DNA of 64,000 bases from a virus, in the IMG/VR virus record IMGVR_UViG_3300043570_000570, positions 32,001 through 96,000 of that record. One strand, 5' to 3'. This document shows, piece by piece, positions 55,082 through 64,000 of the stretch (positions within the stretch are counted from its first letter, which is position 1; each line of letters begins with the position of its first letter). Under the pieces are notes generated by a model. It saw only the letters and a list, made by a program, of their open reading frames with translations, did no database searches and was not told the origin of the DNA. A program made the position numbers and the translations under genes.

Positions 55082-55300
55082 ATGAAATCCTCAGAACAAC
55101 TATTACATGAATTAGACCTGCTAATTGAAGCAGACTTCCAGAAAGCAAAAGCTGAATTGGAGCAATTAAAGAACAGTCCTAGTGTGTTTACTATCTTTAC
55201 ATTAGAAGAAAATAATGTAGATGAAACTTTTGACCAAATTAATAGTATATTTGCTATTGATGAAGACTCTCACGACAATGCAAAAGATACATTCGCTTAA
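55082..55300 (+). CDS. Acidic hypothetical protein
   Basis: 72-aa ORF with A-rich leader. Confidence 0.5.
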   Translation: MKSSEQLLHELDLLIEADFQKAKAELEQLKNSPSVFTIFTLEENNVDETFDQINSIFAIDEDSHDNAKDTFA

Positions 55301-55445
55301 GAGCAAGATGACTCCTGCATTCATTGACCACTGTAACGAGAAAGGAATTGACCTTGTTAAGTGGTACAGGTGGCAGCTTCACTTAATCTGGGAACAAAGA
55401 AAAATAAATAGAAAATACACTAATCTACACTAACTTAAACTAATC

Positions 55446-55676
55446 ATGTACAGAGTTAATTACCAATTCGACAAACACAACGTATCTATCTTAATGTTAG
55501 CTATCAAAGACGGAGATTCATGGAAGCAATTAAATGATCCCGAACTAGAAGATAAGATTAACGCTAGGATTAAAAATGTATCTCAAACCTATGACACTGA
55601 TAAAGGTGGCTTTGGAGAAATGCATTTAACAGATAAGTTGACTTTCATCACAGGTACTATAGATCTAAACAAATAA
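55446..55676 (+). CDS. Hypothetical protein
   Basis: 76-aa ORF. Confidence 0.5.
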   Translation: MYRVNYQFDKHNVSILMLAIKDGDSWKQLNDPELEDKINARIKNVSQTYDTDKGGFGEMHLTDKLTFITGTIDLNK

Positions 55677-55679
55677 AAC

Positions 55680-55907
55680 ATGGAAACTCTTATTATTGGA
55701 TTATGTATCCTAGTTAGTGTGTCTGCAGTATCTATGGCTGTTCTTTTTCTTTTTTTTAGGGGAAAAGTTAACAATATGCCTCAAGGAAATATTGTGTATG
55801 ATCACATAGCAGAAGAATTGCCTAAGAAAGTAGTTAAGCGAAAAAAAGCCACTACTAACGCTAAACGTAAGTATAAAAAGAATGATGAAAAAGGTTCTGT
55901 GGCTTGA
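55680..55907 (+). CDS. Single-TM protein with basic tail
   Basis: N-terminal TM, K/R-rich C-terminus. Confidence 0.5.
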   Translation: METLIIGLCILVSVSAVSMAVLFLFFRGKVNNMPQGNIVYDHIAEELPKKVVKRKKATTNAKRKYKKNDEKGSVA

Positions 55908-56229
55908 TGATATTAGAAAGCCCTCTGATCCACTCTTTAAGATTTGGATTGCAGTAGCCTTCGGAGAGGACGTAGATGTTATTTGGGTAAAGAGTTACAA
56001 TGAGTATGTAAAATACTTAACCAATAACTCTATGCCTTACGGAATTTCATTCGATCATGACTTAGGAGCAGAACTCTCAGGCTTAGATTGTGCTAAGTGG
56101 CTAATAGAATACTGTATGAACAATGCAGTCAGGCTACCGAAATACTTTGTACACTCAGCCAATCCTGTAGGCAAAGAAAACATACAGGGTTATTTAGATA
56201 ACTATTTAAAATTTACAGAGCCCTCTTAA
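55882..56229 (+). CDS. Cyclic-phosphate-processing receiver-like domain protein
   Basis: LWLDDIR...ISFDHDLG...SGLDCAKWL...VHSANPVG. Confidence 0.75.
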   Translation: MMKKVLWLDDIRKPSDPLFKIWIAVAFGEDVDVIWVKSYNEYVKYLTNNSMPYGISFDHDLGAELSGLDCAKWLIEYCMNNAVRLPKYFVHSANPVGKENIQGYLDNYLKFTEPS

Positions 56230-56243
56230 CTGAGGGCTTTTTT
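56219..56243 (+). terminator. Intrinsic terminator
   Basis: AGCCCTC-TTAACT-GAGGGCT-TTTTT. Confidence 0.75.
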
Positions 56244-56329
56244 GACTTATGAGAAACTTAATTAAAAAACTTAACTTCTTGTGGACTATAGACACTCATG
56301 TGCATATGACCCAAGGTAAACTTTAACTT

Positions 56330-56953
56330 ATGAAAATTAATAAAGATAGTAAATTCTACAAACCGCTTACTTTACAAGAACGTTTACAGAATCTTAAGTA
56401 TTTCTTTCTGTTCTGGAAAGGACGTAATAAAGGTATAGTTTGTACCCGCAGTATTAAATTAGATGACCTACGCTATATCTTCTTTCCTAAAGACTTTCAT
56501 GAGAAGTATAGCTACTTAGGTTCAGTACCTTACAATGAAGACGGCTCATACTTTAAAGCATTGTTTCCGTTAGTATTAGCAATGGATTATGAAGGAAGAC
56601 ATAAACTATGTCCTAAGTGGTTTTTACGTTTCTTAGAAGTGTTTGGTAATGACAGATCTATTGTTAGAGTTCGTAACTTTACTTTGCATAACCTGCACAG
56701 GAAACTAACTAAAGGCATGCGTTTTATTGATTATAAAACTAAATGGGAGGACTATGACTTAAGGATTAGTATCTCAGCGCCTAAACACTTACAAGATCTA
56801 GCTGATGACATAGAACACGGTTATTACAGTAGGGGTAAACAAGAAGAGTTAGTAGCTGACATTAAGAAACTAGATCCTAATGCAAGTATTATCTGGGGTA
56901 GCGTTGATAGATTACATAAACAATTAGAAAAATTAGAAGAAAAACAACCGTAA
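56330..56953 (+). CDS. Hypothetical protein
   Basis: 207-aa ORF. Confidence 0.55.
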   Translation: MKINKDSKFYKPLTLQERLQNLKYFFLFWKGRNKGIVCTRSIKLDDLRYIFFPKDFHEKYSYLGSVPYNEDGSYFKALFPLVLAMDYEGRHKLCPKWFLRFLEVFGNDRSIVRVRNFTLHNLHRKLTKGMRFIDYKTKWEDYDLRISISAPKHLQDLADDIEHGYYSRGKQEELVADIKKLDPNASIIWGSVDRLHKQLEKLEEKQP

Positions 56954-57012
56954 AAATGGCAAAACTAAAAAAAGAGATACAAACAGTGACAAACAATAAA
57001 CAAAAACCAATT

Positions 57013-57474
57013 ATGAAAAAATTACTAATCATCGCCCTCTTATTTGTCTCTAACTTAAGTTACGGACAGTGGATAGTTAAAACTGTCGACAACAAACTAG
57101 ACAATCCCTACAAGATTGCTTACTGCATGACCTCTGACAAGAAGGCATTACTTAAACTAGAAAAAGTAGGAGATCAACTCTATTTCTACTTAACAGGAAG
57201 TTACTTCTGTGATGAGTCTTTACAAACAGACATAGCCTTGATAGTAAACGGAGAGTCAAAGCGTTACACTTTCACTTGTACTAAATCTGCCGATAACAAC
57301 ACTGTGTTTATCCTAGATGACATTACCTCATTATTTAACGATGACTTCCTCACAGACTTTAAGAAATGTTCTTCTGCCATAGTAAGAGTAAATGAAACCT
57401 ACTGCACAACAGAAGTCTACAAGTTTACAATGTCTGGTTCCACCAACGCCATTAATGTAATGTCTAAGCAATGA
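57013..57474 (+). CDS. Secreted hypothetical protein
   Basis: Internal start MKKLLIIALLFVSNLSYGQW gives a signal peptide. Confidence 0.55.
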   Translation: MKKLLIIALLFVSNLSYGQWIVKTVDNKLDNPYKIAYCMTSDKKALLKLEKVGDQLYFYLTGSYFCDESLQTDIALIVNGESKRYTFTCTKSADNNTVFILDDITSLFNDDFLTDFKKCSSAIVRVNETYCTTEVYKFTMSGSTNAINVMSKQ

Positions 57475-58704
57475 CAAACAATAAACAACAGACGGCAGTG
57501 GAGTGGTTGGCAGAACAAATGGAAATTTTACATTATGATTATTGGGCTGAACATATATCAAAAGATGAAAAAAATCAAAGGTTAAAGCAATTAAAAGAAC
57601 AAGCCAAAGAAATGGAGAAGGAAAGAATTGAAACTGCATACAACAAAGGAACAGTTCATGGAATTGATTATCCTGAAAGTACACTACCAATAACTGGTGA
57701 ACAATACTACAACAAAACCTACGGAGGAGATGAGCAATGACATATGATGAATTAATGGCTGATATTGTATTTAAAATAGAGGAATACGAATCACGAAATA
57801 ATAAAAAGCCGATTGGTATTTTAATGAATGAATCAACAAAAGACTTCATGATAAGGTCTGTTATTAAAGACTATGAAGGTATTGTAAAAGTTGAAACATT
57901 TATGGGTATTAAAATATTCATTTCTAACCATTCAGGAATAGCCCAAGTAAATTTAGTAATTTAACATACGGAGGTAACAAATGATTGAAACAAAACGATG
58001 TTACGTAAAAAGTGGAGCAGAAAGATGGGATTATGATTTGAATCCTCCCCAATGTGAAGTCATTGACTATTGGGTTATGCTTGGAGAGCAAAAAATATTT
58101 AATTTCCCTTATTATGAAGATGCGCTTGATTACGCAAACAAATTAAATAATGCCATTGATTCGGTTAATAAAACATACAGAGGTAAGAAATGAAACTATA
58201 CACACAACATCAATTGCTAAACACTGCTGAGGCAATCAAAAATTACTACGAGAATAATCCAGATACTGCACAAGAAATGGTAAAAAAACATCTTATGAAT
58301 TTGTCACCCGTTACTAAAAAAAGAACTCTCATCATCTACAATACCAAAGAAACAACTGAAGAAGAAGCAAGGCATCTATTAGAGATTTTAAATTGTGATG
58401 ATTCAACCTTATGGGATAACGCAGACCATTGCGGAGTTCAAGTAATTGAAGTACCATTAGACAACGGAGGAGGTGAGCAATGACAAACAATAAACAACAG
58501 ACGGCAGTGGAGTGGTTAATTGAAAAGTGTGCTTGTGCAGATTTAAGACCTGAACTTTGGGAGATCATCAAACAACAAGCGAGGGAGATGCACAAACAGG
58601 AAATAACCCAAGCGTGGAAAAAAGGAGATGGGGAATTTGATAAAGTATCGGATAAAATGAGTTTGGAATACTACGAACAAACCTACGGAGGTAACAATGA
58701 CTAA
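57471..58704 (+). repeat. Array of five small ORFs with repeated junctions; first and last are paralogues (MTNNKQQTAVEWL...YYxxTYGG)
   Basis: ORFs 57471-57740, 57737-57964, 57981-58193, 58190-58483, 58480-58704; ACnTACGGAGG-like motif at each junction. Confidence 0.7.
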
Positions 58705-59023
58705 AGAATCTATATCTTCCTTTATTGAAAAGCTACTTAGTGAAGTATCTCCTGAACAAATGGAAGCTACAAGCAAACAAATGGAGCCTCTAGGTCCTAA
58801 AGCAGAAGCTCATGACTTAGTTCTATCTTTTTATTACAGCCTTCCTAATAACGGAAGTTTAAATCATGGTATTAATAGCTGTGACTCTCGTTATAAGGAA
58901 GGTGTTGTATGTGCTGGACTAGCTACTAAGCGAATTATCTTAGCCCTAGAAGCCCACAGTTGGCAAAACAGAAATGAAATAGCACACTATAAGGAAATTT
59001 TAAAAGAAATAGAACTACTATGA
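58697..59023 (+). CDS. Hypothetical protein
   Basis: 108-aa ORF. Confidence 0.5.
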   Translation: MTKESISSFIEKLLSEVSPEQMEATSKQMEPLGPKAEAHDLVLSFYYSLPNNGSLNHGINSCDSRYKEGVVCAGLATKRIILALEAHSWQNRNEIAHYKEILKEIELL

Positions 59024-59370
59024 GTAAAATAAAACAAACTAAAATACCAATGCTAATGACTACAGATAATGTACTTAAGGTTGCTGTTCAGCAAGGAGTA
59101 ATTGAGGATGATTATAATTGGAAGTTAGTTAGAGAACGTGATGGCTTAGTTAATCAATCTAAAGAAATTCTTTGGTTAGAGTTTGATGAGAAAGGTAACT
59201 TTAAAGAGAAACATGATGAGCCTGCTATAGGACGTGGATTACTTATGTCTCCTTTTAATCCTTACTTTACTTGGCAGACAACTTCTGTCACAGAAATCTA
59301 TGAGCAGAAAGAAAACTATCTTAAATTTAAAACAGGTAATAGCGTTTATGAACTCTACAAATTAACTTAA
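59020..59370 (+). CDS. Conserved phage hypothetical protein
   Basis: PAIGRGLLM...WQTTSVTEI...FKTGNSVYEL. Confidence 0.55.
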   Translation: MSKIKQTKIPMLMTTDNVLKVAVQQGVIEDDYNWKLVRERDGLVNQSKEILWLEFDEKGNFKEKHDEPAIGRGLLMSPFNPYFTWQTTSVTEIYEQKENYLKFKTGNSVYELYKLT

Positions 59371-59556
59371 TCTATGAAAACACTATTACTATTTATTTTT
59401 AAACTGACTTTATTAATCTGTTTATTTTTCTTAGGATTTATAGGGCTTATAGTCAACATAGGCTACCTATTTATAGAACTATTTGATAGTTGGATTAATG
59501 CTGTCTGTGGTAAAATAGAAGATAAACTTGACAAATTAAGAGTACTTTAGATTATT

Positions 59557-59778
59557 ATGACAATAGAAACAGAATTAAAACTAGATTTACAAGGTTATAC
59601 TCCTAGACAATATGCTGCTCTTATTCTAAAAGATGACTTTGGCTACAGCCATGAGAAAGCAGGAATACAACTAGGTATTAGCCGTTATGCATTTGCTATA
59701 CTCTATAAAAGAGCTAAAACTAAACCAGACACCCTCTATGCTCACAGAAATATCTTACTACTGCGAAAAGCGACCTGA
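59557..59778 (+). CDS. Sigma-70 region-4-like HTH protein
   Basis: YTPRQYAALIL...GYSHEKAGIQLGISR...YKRAKTK. Confidence 0.55.
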   Translation: MTIETELKLDLQGYTPRQYAALILKDDFGYSHEKAGIQLGISRYAFAILYKRAKTKPDTLYAHRNILLLRKAT

Positions 59779-60214
59779 GTTCTTTGACTTTATCTCAAAC
59801 CACTTTAAAGTTGTATTTACAGAGAAATCCTTTAATGATTCCAACTTATCCGTGCATGCTATCCAAGATGGATATGATATAGCAGCTGTATTGTTAATGA
59901 AGAAGAAAAAAGTAGGATACCGTATTACCTTTATTCACGTAGCAGAGAAGTATCAAAGACAAAGAATAGGTAAGTTTCTTTTATCTTTAGCTCATGAACA
60001 TGCTTTAAGGGAAAATAAGAGCCCTGTGAATATAATCACTAGAGTTAAAGCAAATAACTTAACTTCGTTAAACTTCTTTATTAATGCAGGATACACTTTT
60101 AAAACTTTTGAGTGTAAACATGAAACAATTGAGACTAACGGAGACATTACAACAACAACTAAACCAGCTTATATATTAACTTATGACTTCAGAAACGAGA
60201 TTATTGTTAAATAG
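59738..60214 (+). CDS. GNAT acetyltransferase
   Basis: IHVAEKYQRQRIGKFLL...NLTSLNFFINAGY; likely start MLTEISY. Confidence 0.8.
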   Translation: MLTEISYYCEKRPEFFDFISNHFKVVFTEKSFNDSNLSVHAIQDGYDIAAVLLMKKKKVGYRITFIHVAEKYQRQRIGKFLLSLAHEHALRENKSPVNIITRVKANNLTSLNFFINAGYTFKTFECKHETIETNGDITTTTKPAYILTYDFRNEIIVK

Positions 60215-60584
60215 GATTAAAACTCCTGATGGTACTATTTTGACTTCTTACAATAGACATGACTACCTAACCCATAAAGACACTATAACCAAAGAGGTTC
60301 TTATGGTAGATGGAGGTAATGACTATATAAGAAGGCATGTAGGTACTTACGAAGAGCTAAGCGTCTATGACGATGGCTCACACATTACTAGAAGGTCTGC
60401 TTTACATTGGGGTACTAGAGGTAGGGATGGTAAACAACCCTTAGTTTATAAACCAATCAAAGACCTAGACTCAGATCATATAGAAGCTATTCTAAAAACA
60501 CAAACCCAACTCTCTGAGTTTTATAAGGAAGTGTTTAAAGAAGAGTTGAAATATAGATTTGACGAAAAAGCAGAAAAGCTTTAA
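60183..60584 (+). CDS. Conserved phage hypothetical protein
   Basis: RHDY...VDGGNDYIRR...WGTRG. Confidence 0.6.
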   Translation: MTSETRLLLNRIKTPDGTILTSYNRHDYLTHKDTITKEVLMVDGGNDYIRRHVGTYEELSVYDDGSHITRRSALHWGTRGRDGKQPLVYKPIKDLDSDHIEAILKTQTQLSEFYKEVFKEELKYRFDEKAEKL

Positions 60585-60593
60585 CTTTGAGTT

Positions 60594-60815
60594 ATGTCAC
60601 CAGAAACTCAAGCCCTTGCCTTAGAGATTGAAATCAAAAGTTTAGGATTTCAAGTAGATAGAGCAATGTACAGAAAAATTGCTAACCTTATAATAGACAA
60701 GATTATACTAGAGTACGAAGATATGTCTAAGTACTTTGATGGAAATAACAAGTCTATTAACAATGCTGTATTATATTGGAAACAAGTTAAACAACACACT
60801 AACGATGAGGTGTAA
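60594..60815 (+). CDS. Hypothetical protein
   Basis: 73 aa ending YWKQVKQ. Confidence 0.5.
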   Translation: MSPETQALALEIEIKSLGFQVDRAMYRKIANLIIDKIILEYEDMSKYFDGNNKSINNAVLYWKQVKQHTNDEV

Positions 60816-60953
60816 ACTTAGACTGATTAGATTTAAAATAAACAACACTAACTGTATGAGTAGCACTCAGTTCCTCGCCTACTCTCTTCTCTCTATTTCC
60901 CTTTTGTCCATAGTAATAGCATTGTTTGCTAATCTATGGAGTATCTTTGTGGA

Positions 60954-61151
60954 ATGGAGTACACACTAAGTGAAGAAGGTACAGTCATTGAATTTCATCT
61001 GATTGTTAAGACAATGCACAAAAACGAAGATTACAAGTTTTACTCGGAAAAAGAACGAGATAAAGCACACAAGAAAGCCCTAGGAGAAAAGAATTTATTA
61101 CTCGTTCATTGTTACAAACACGACAGCGAAGAAACACCAGAAAACACTTAA
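60954..61151 (+). CDS. Hypothetical protein
   Basis: Likely start MEYTLSE after a TATCTTTG box. Confidence 0.45.
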   Translation: MEYTLSEEGTVIEFHLIVKTMHKNEDYKFYSEKERDKAHKKALGEKNLLLVHCYKHDSEETPENT

Positions 61152-61172
61152 ACTAAACTTAAACTTAAACAT

Positions 61173-61197
61173 AAAGCACCTCTAGGGGTGCTTTTTT
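61173..61197 (+). terminator. Intrinsic terminator
   Basis: AAAGCACC-TCTAGG-GGTGCTTTTTT. Confidence 0.7.
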
Positions 61198-61228
61198 CAT
61201 TTAAACTAAACTAAACTAAAACCAAAAT

Positions 61229-63229
61229 ATGCCAAACCAACAAATTATTGATGATCCATTCTCCTCGGAGTTTATGGAAACTGCAAACAAAGAAATGCAA
61301 ACTATTCATGTATCTGCTGCATCTCTTCGTAAAAGAAGAGTAAGGCAGGATAAGTTTGTTCTACACCCTGACTTAAAGAAAAGATTAATTAAACTTATTA
61401 GTACTAATGTACCTGAGCAAGTGAAAGCAATTGCTCAGCAAATTATAGATTTAACGCATGTACCTACTTTAAACAAGTATTGTAACTATCTAGGGTTATC
61501 TCAAGCTGACTATACTAAAATTTCTTATTTAGATGAAGACCGTAAGAATCGTTTAAATGGTCAAGTGGGTATTCAACACATTATTAAGCCTGGAACAGAA
61601 GCTGTATTTCATTATAAAAGAAATTACGTAAGTCATGAACCTAATCATGGTCACTATGATTGTAAACTAGTTTTAACTGCTAGACACTTAGGAGGAGATG
61701 TTTTTCCTATTAAGGGATTTGTACTTGAAAACAAAGAATTTACAGTAACTTCTTATCTATGGGAAAATAGCCAAAGAACACAGAATGAACATGTTTTTAA
61801 CTTTGAATTTAAAAATACCTTCTTGGAAAAAGATTCAAGGCCTCTAAGGATTAGAAACTCTAGGTTAGTGTCTAGTGCATCTTTTCATGTAGATCAATCA
61901 GGATACGAAGGTACTGGAGGATATAATCTATTAGGCGTAAGTTTTAATAAAACTGAAACTAAAGTTAAAGAAGTATGGAACTACAAACAAAGATACCACA
62001 CTTCAGTAGGTAAGATTGTTCGTAGGTTATTTGGAGATACTTATAGCGATAGAGATATTACTGCTTTTGCAGAAGCCTATGCTAGTCTAATTACTGTAAG
62101 CAACCCTTTGTATGATTTTGCTATTATTGACGGAGATGCTATCAAAGATGCTTATCATTTTGAGAACTATGCAGCTCAATCAGGTACTCTAGGAAGCTCT
62201 TGTATGCGTCACAGATCATGTCAAAACTACTTTGACATCTATACTAAGTTTCCAGACAAAGTAAGGATGGCTGTACTTAAAAGAGGTGGTAAGATTGCTG
62301 CTCGTTCTATTATGTGGAACATTGAAGGTAAGTTTATGTTTGACCGTATTTACTATACAACAAACGAAACACAAAACTTACTCAAGAACACATTAGAAGC
62401 TGCAGGATACTCTACTCTTTTCTCTGTAGGAAGAATCTACTCTATGGAGATAGATTTAGAAGGAATAAATAAATTCCCTTATTTAGATACTTTATGTAAC
62501 TATGACCTAGCTAGAAAAATACTTACCAATGGTTGTATAGATGGTCTTCGTTATGAGTTTAGAAACACTGGGGGTGATTACTATCAATATAATTGTCAGG
62601 GTGAAGAGGAGGATAGTGACTATACCTGTAGTTGCTGTGATAATACTGTACATTATGATACTACTATTTACGTTGAGAGAGGTCAATATCGTGATCTAAG
62701 AGTATGTGAAGATTGTGCTATTTACTCAGATTCAACTGGAGAGTATCATACCATTGAAGATGACACAGTTATCACTTATCAAGATGATTCTATCTTAACA
62801 GATGAAGGTATTAGGTTAATTGATGATAGATGGGCACACCAAGATGATCCTGAACTTAGGCAATTTGAGAATGGCTTTGGTTATTTTATCTTAGATGAAC
62901 ATGACTATCTAACTGATGGCAATGTATATTATTATCCAAATGATGAGACTAAGCCAGAAAATCTTTATGATAGTGAAGAAGTAAATAGGAGAAACAGCAA
63001 GAGACTATCTGAGATTATAACAAATAATTCTATTATTAACATCCATAGTAGTAGTAATGTTGGTATTGGAAGTTTAGGTATTGGAACCTATCTACTAAAT
63101 ACAAATACTATTACTAGTACTACTAATTACTCAAATTTTTCTTTTGTAAACGAAAATCAACCTGAATCAGAAGAAATAATAGAAGTAGAAGCGATGGTAC
63201 AAGACAATAATGAAGAACACTTAATTTAA
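61229..63229 (+). CDS. Large phage protein with GSSCM / DRIY motifs and Cys-rich repeats
   Basis: GTLGSSCMR...ARSIMW...MFDRIY...FPYLDT, then CxxC units; function unknown. Confidence 0.6.
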   Translation: MPNQQIIDDPFSSEFMETANKEMQTIHVSAASLRKRRVRQDKFVLHPDLKKRLIKLISTNVPEQVKAIAQQIIDLTHVPTLNKYCNYLGLSQADYTKISYLDEDRKNRLNGQVGIQHIIKPGTEAVFHYKRNYVSHEPNHGHYDCKLVLTARHLGGDVFPIKGFVLENKEFTVTSYLWENSQRTQNEHVFNFEFKNTFLEKDSRPLRIRNSRLVSSASFHVDQSGYEGTGGYNLLGVSFNKTETKVKEVWNYKQRYHTSVGKIVRRLFGDTYSDRDITAFAEAYASLITVSNPLYDFAIIDGDAIKDAYHFENYAAQSGTLGSSCMRHRSCQNYFDIYTKFPDKVRMAVLKRGGKIAARSIMWNIEGKFMFDRIYYTTNETQNLLKNTLEAAGYSTLFSVGRIYSMEIDLEGINKFPYLDTLCNYDLARKILTNGCIDGLRYEFRNTGGDYYQYNCQGEEEDSDYTCSCCDNTVHYDTTIYVERGQYRDLRVCEDCAIYSDSTGEYHTIEDDTVITYQDDSILTDEGIRLIDDRWAHQDDPELRQFENGFGYFILDEHDYLTDGNVYYYPNDETKPENLYDSEEVNRRNSKRLSEIITNNSIINIHSSSNVGIGSLGIGTYLLNTNTITSTTNYSNFSFVNENQPESEEIIEVEAMVQDNNEEHLI

Positions 63230-63241
63230 AAAAACAAAAAA

Positions 63242-64000
63242 ATGACTTATAAATATAAAAGCAAAGAACTAGGTGAAGTAGATGATACATTAAAAGGAAA
63301 TTTCCCTGTAGACTTTGATCTACTGTTTGATATTATGTATCAACAAAGCCCCACCTACCAGCCAGAGATGGAGAAGCTTAAAAAGGATTGGCTTATTAAT
63401 CTTATTTCTCAAATAGACGGAGTAACAGTAGAAGAGAAAGGCGGTAATATCTATTGCACAAAAGGAGAAGCTGAGTATTATCCTACTGTAGTAGCTCATT
63501 ATGACACAGCTCAAGACTATCATGTAGGCATGCGTATCTTTAAGACAGATAAGTGGATTTTCGGCTTTGATGACTTCAGAGGCGAACAATGTGGCTTAGG
63601 TCTCGATGACTCTGTAGGTGTATGTTTTGCTATTCAAATGCTTAAGATGATGCCTGTATGTAAGGTATTCTTGCCTTATGGTGAAGAAAGGGGTTTATTA
63701 GGTACTAACTGTTGTGATATGACTTTCTTTAACAACTCTCTAGTAGTTACTCAGCTAGATCGCAGGTCTTATACAACAGACTTCATCCAGTATACTAATG
63801 GGTATCAAGTGTGGAATCCTGAACATCTTACCCTTATTAAACCTTTGATGGACAAATATGGATACAAGCCTGCTTCAGGTACAGCTACTGACGTAGGTGG
63901 ACTTCGTAGAAGGGGACTTAAAGTTTCTTCTCACAACTTATCTTGTGGTTATTTTAACGAGCATGGAGATAGTGAGGTAGCTAGTGTTAATCTAATGATT
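63242..64000 (+). CDS. M28/M20-type Zn peptidase (runs off the right edge; not in track)
   Basis: Hand translation: GNIYCTKG...VVAHYDT...LGLDDSVG...GEERG...QLDRR. Confidence 0.8.
   Translation, partial: MTYKYKSKELGEVDDTLKGNFPVDFDLLFDIMYQQSPTYQPEMEKLKKDWLINLISQIDGVTVEEKGGNIYCTKGEAEYYPTVVAHYDTAQDYHVGMRIFKTDKWIFGFDDFRGEQCGLGLDDSVGVCFAIQMLKMMPVCKVFLPYGEERGLLGTNCCDMTFFNNSLVVTQLDRRSYTTDFIQYTNGYQVWNPEHLTLIKPLMDKYGYKPASGTATDVGGLRRRGLKVSSHNLSCGYFNEHGDSEVASVNLMI

Noticed and set aside
46553-58704. CRISPR array in the repeat tracts
   Set aside because: Repeats are short, degenerate and irregularly spaced, with no constant repeat-spacer period.
50225-61228. AAACT/AAAAC tandem runs before genes as functional repeats
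   Set aside because: Explained as A-rich, Shine-Dalgarno-less Bacteroidota translation leaders.
63320-63589. Minus-strand 89-aa ORF
   Set aside because: Antisense to the peptidase ORF starting at 63242.
1-64000. Stop-codon reassignment as in some gut Crassvirales
   Set aside because: Long genes are intact in code 11; TAG and TGA terminate well-bounded genes; no suppressor tRNA seen.

Overview
AT-rich 64-kb segment of a large Bacteroidota podophage of the Crassvirales (crAss-like) type, read in standard code 11. Positions 1-46.5 kb are almost all minus strand. They hold the conserved crAss-type virion block (large terminase, portal, acidic scaffold-like protein, major capsid protein, ring/adaptor proteins, IHF-like protein, 1670-aa tail stabilisation protein, cargo proteins), preceded by Bacteroidota-type TTG-N18/20-TAnnTTTG promoters. 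An accessory region follows, containing: a secreted cohesin/dockerin + T9SS-tail + C-type lectin + CsgG-like module, a GIY-YIG endonuclease, lysis genes, a swapped fibre cassette, a secreted nuclease, and a complete two-component system. After a C/G-run repeat tract at about 46.6 kb, genes switch to the plus strand (early/middle region: many small ORFs, tRNA-Glu, LAGLIDADG endonuclease, SF2 helicase, cyclic-phosphate receiver-like protein, GNAT, M28-like peptidase). The most striking unannotated signals are RNA-level. A pistol ribozyme and a twister ribozyme bracket three small early ORFs and would excise a 611-nt RNA with 5'-OH and 2',3'-cyclic-phosphate ends, the ends needed for RtcB circularisation. 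Several more structured RNAs are present, plus terminator-linked hairpins antisense to the start codons of the phage's own genes. All family calls are by eye from motifs and synteny; no database searches were run.
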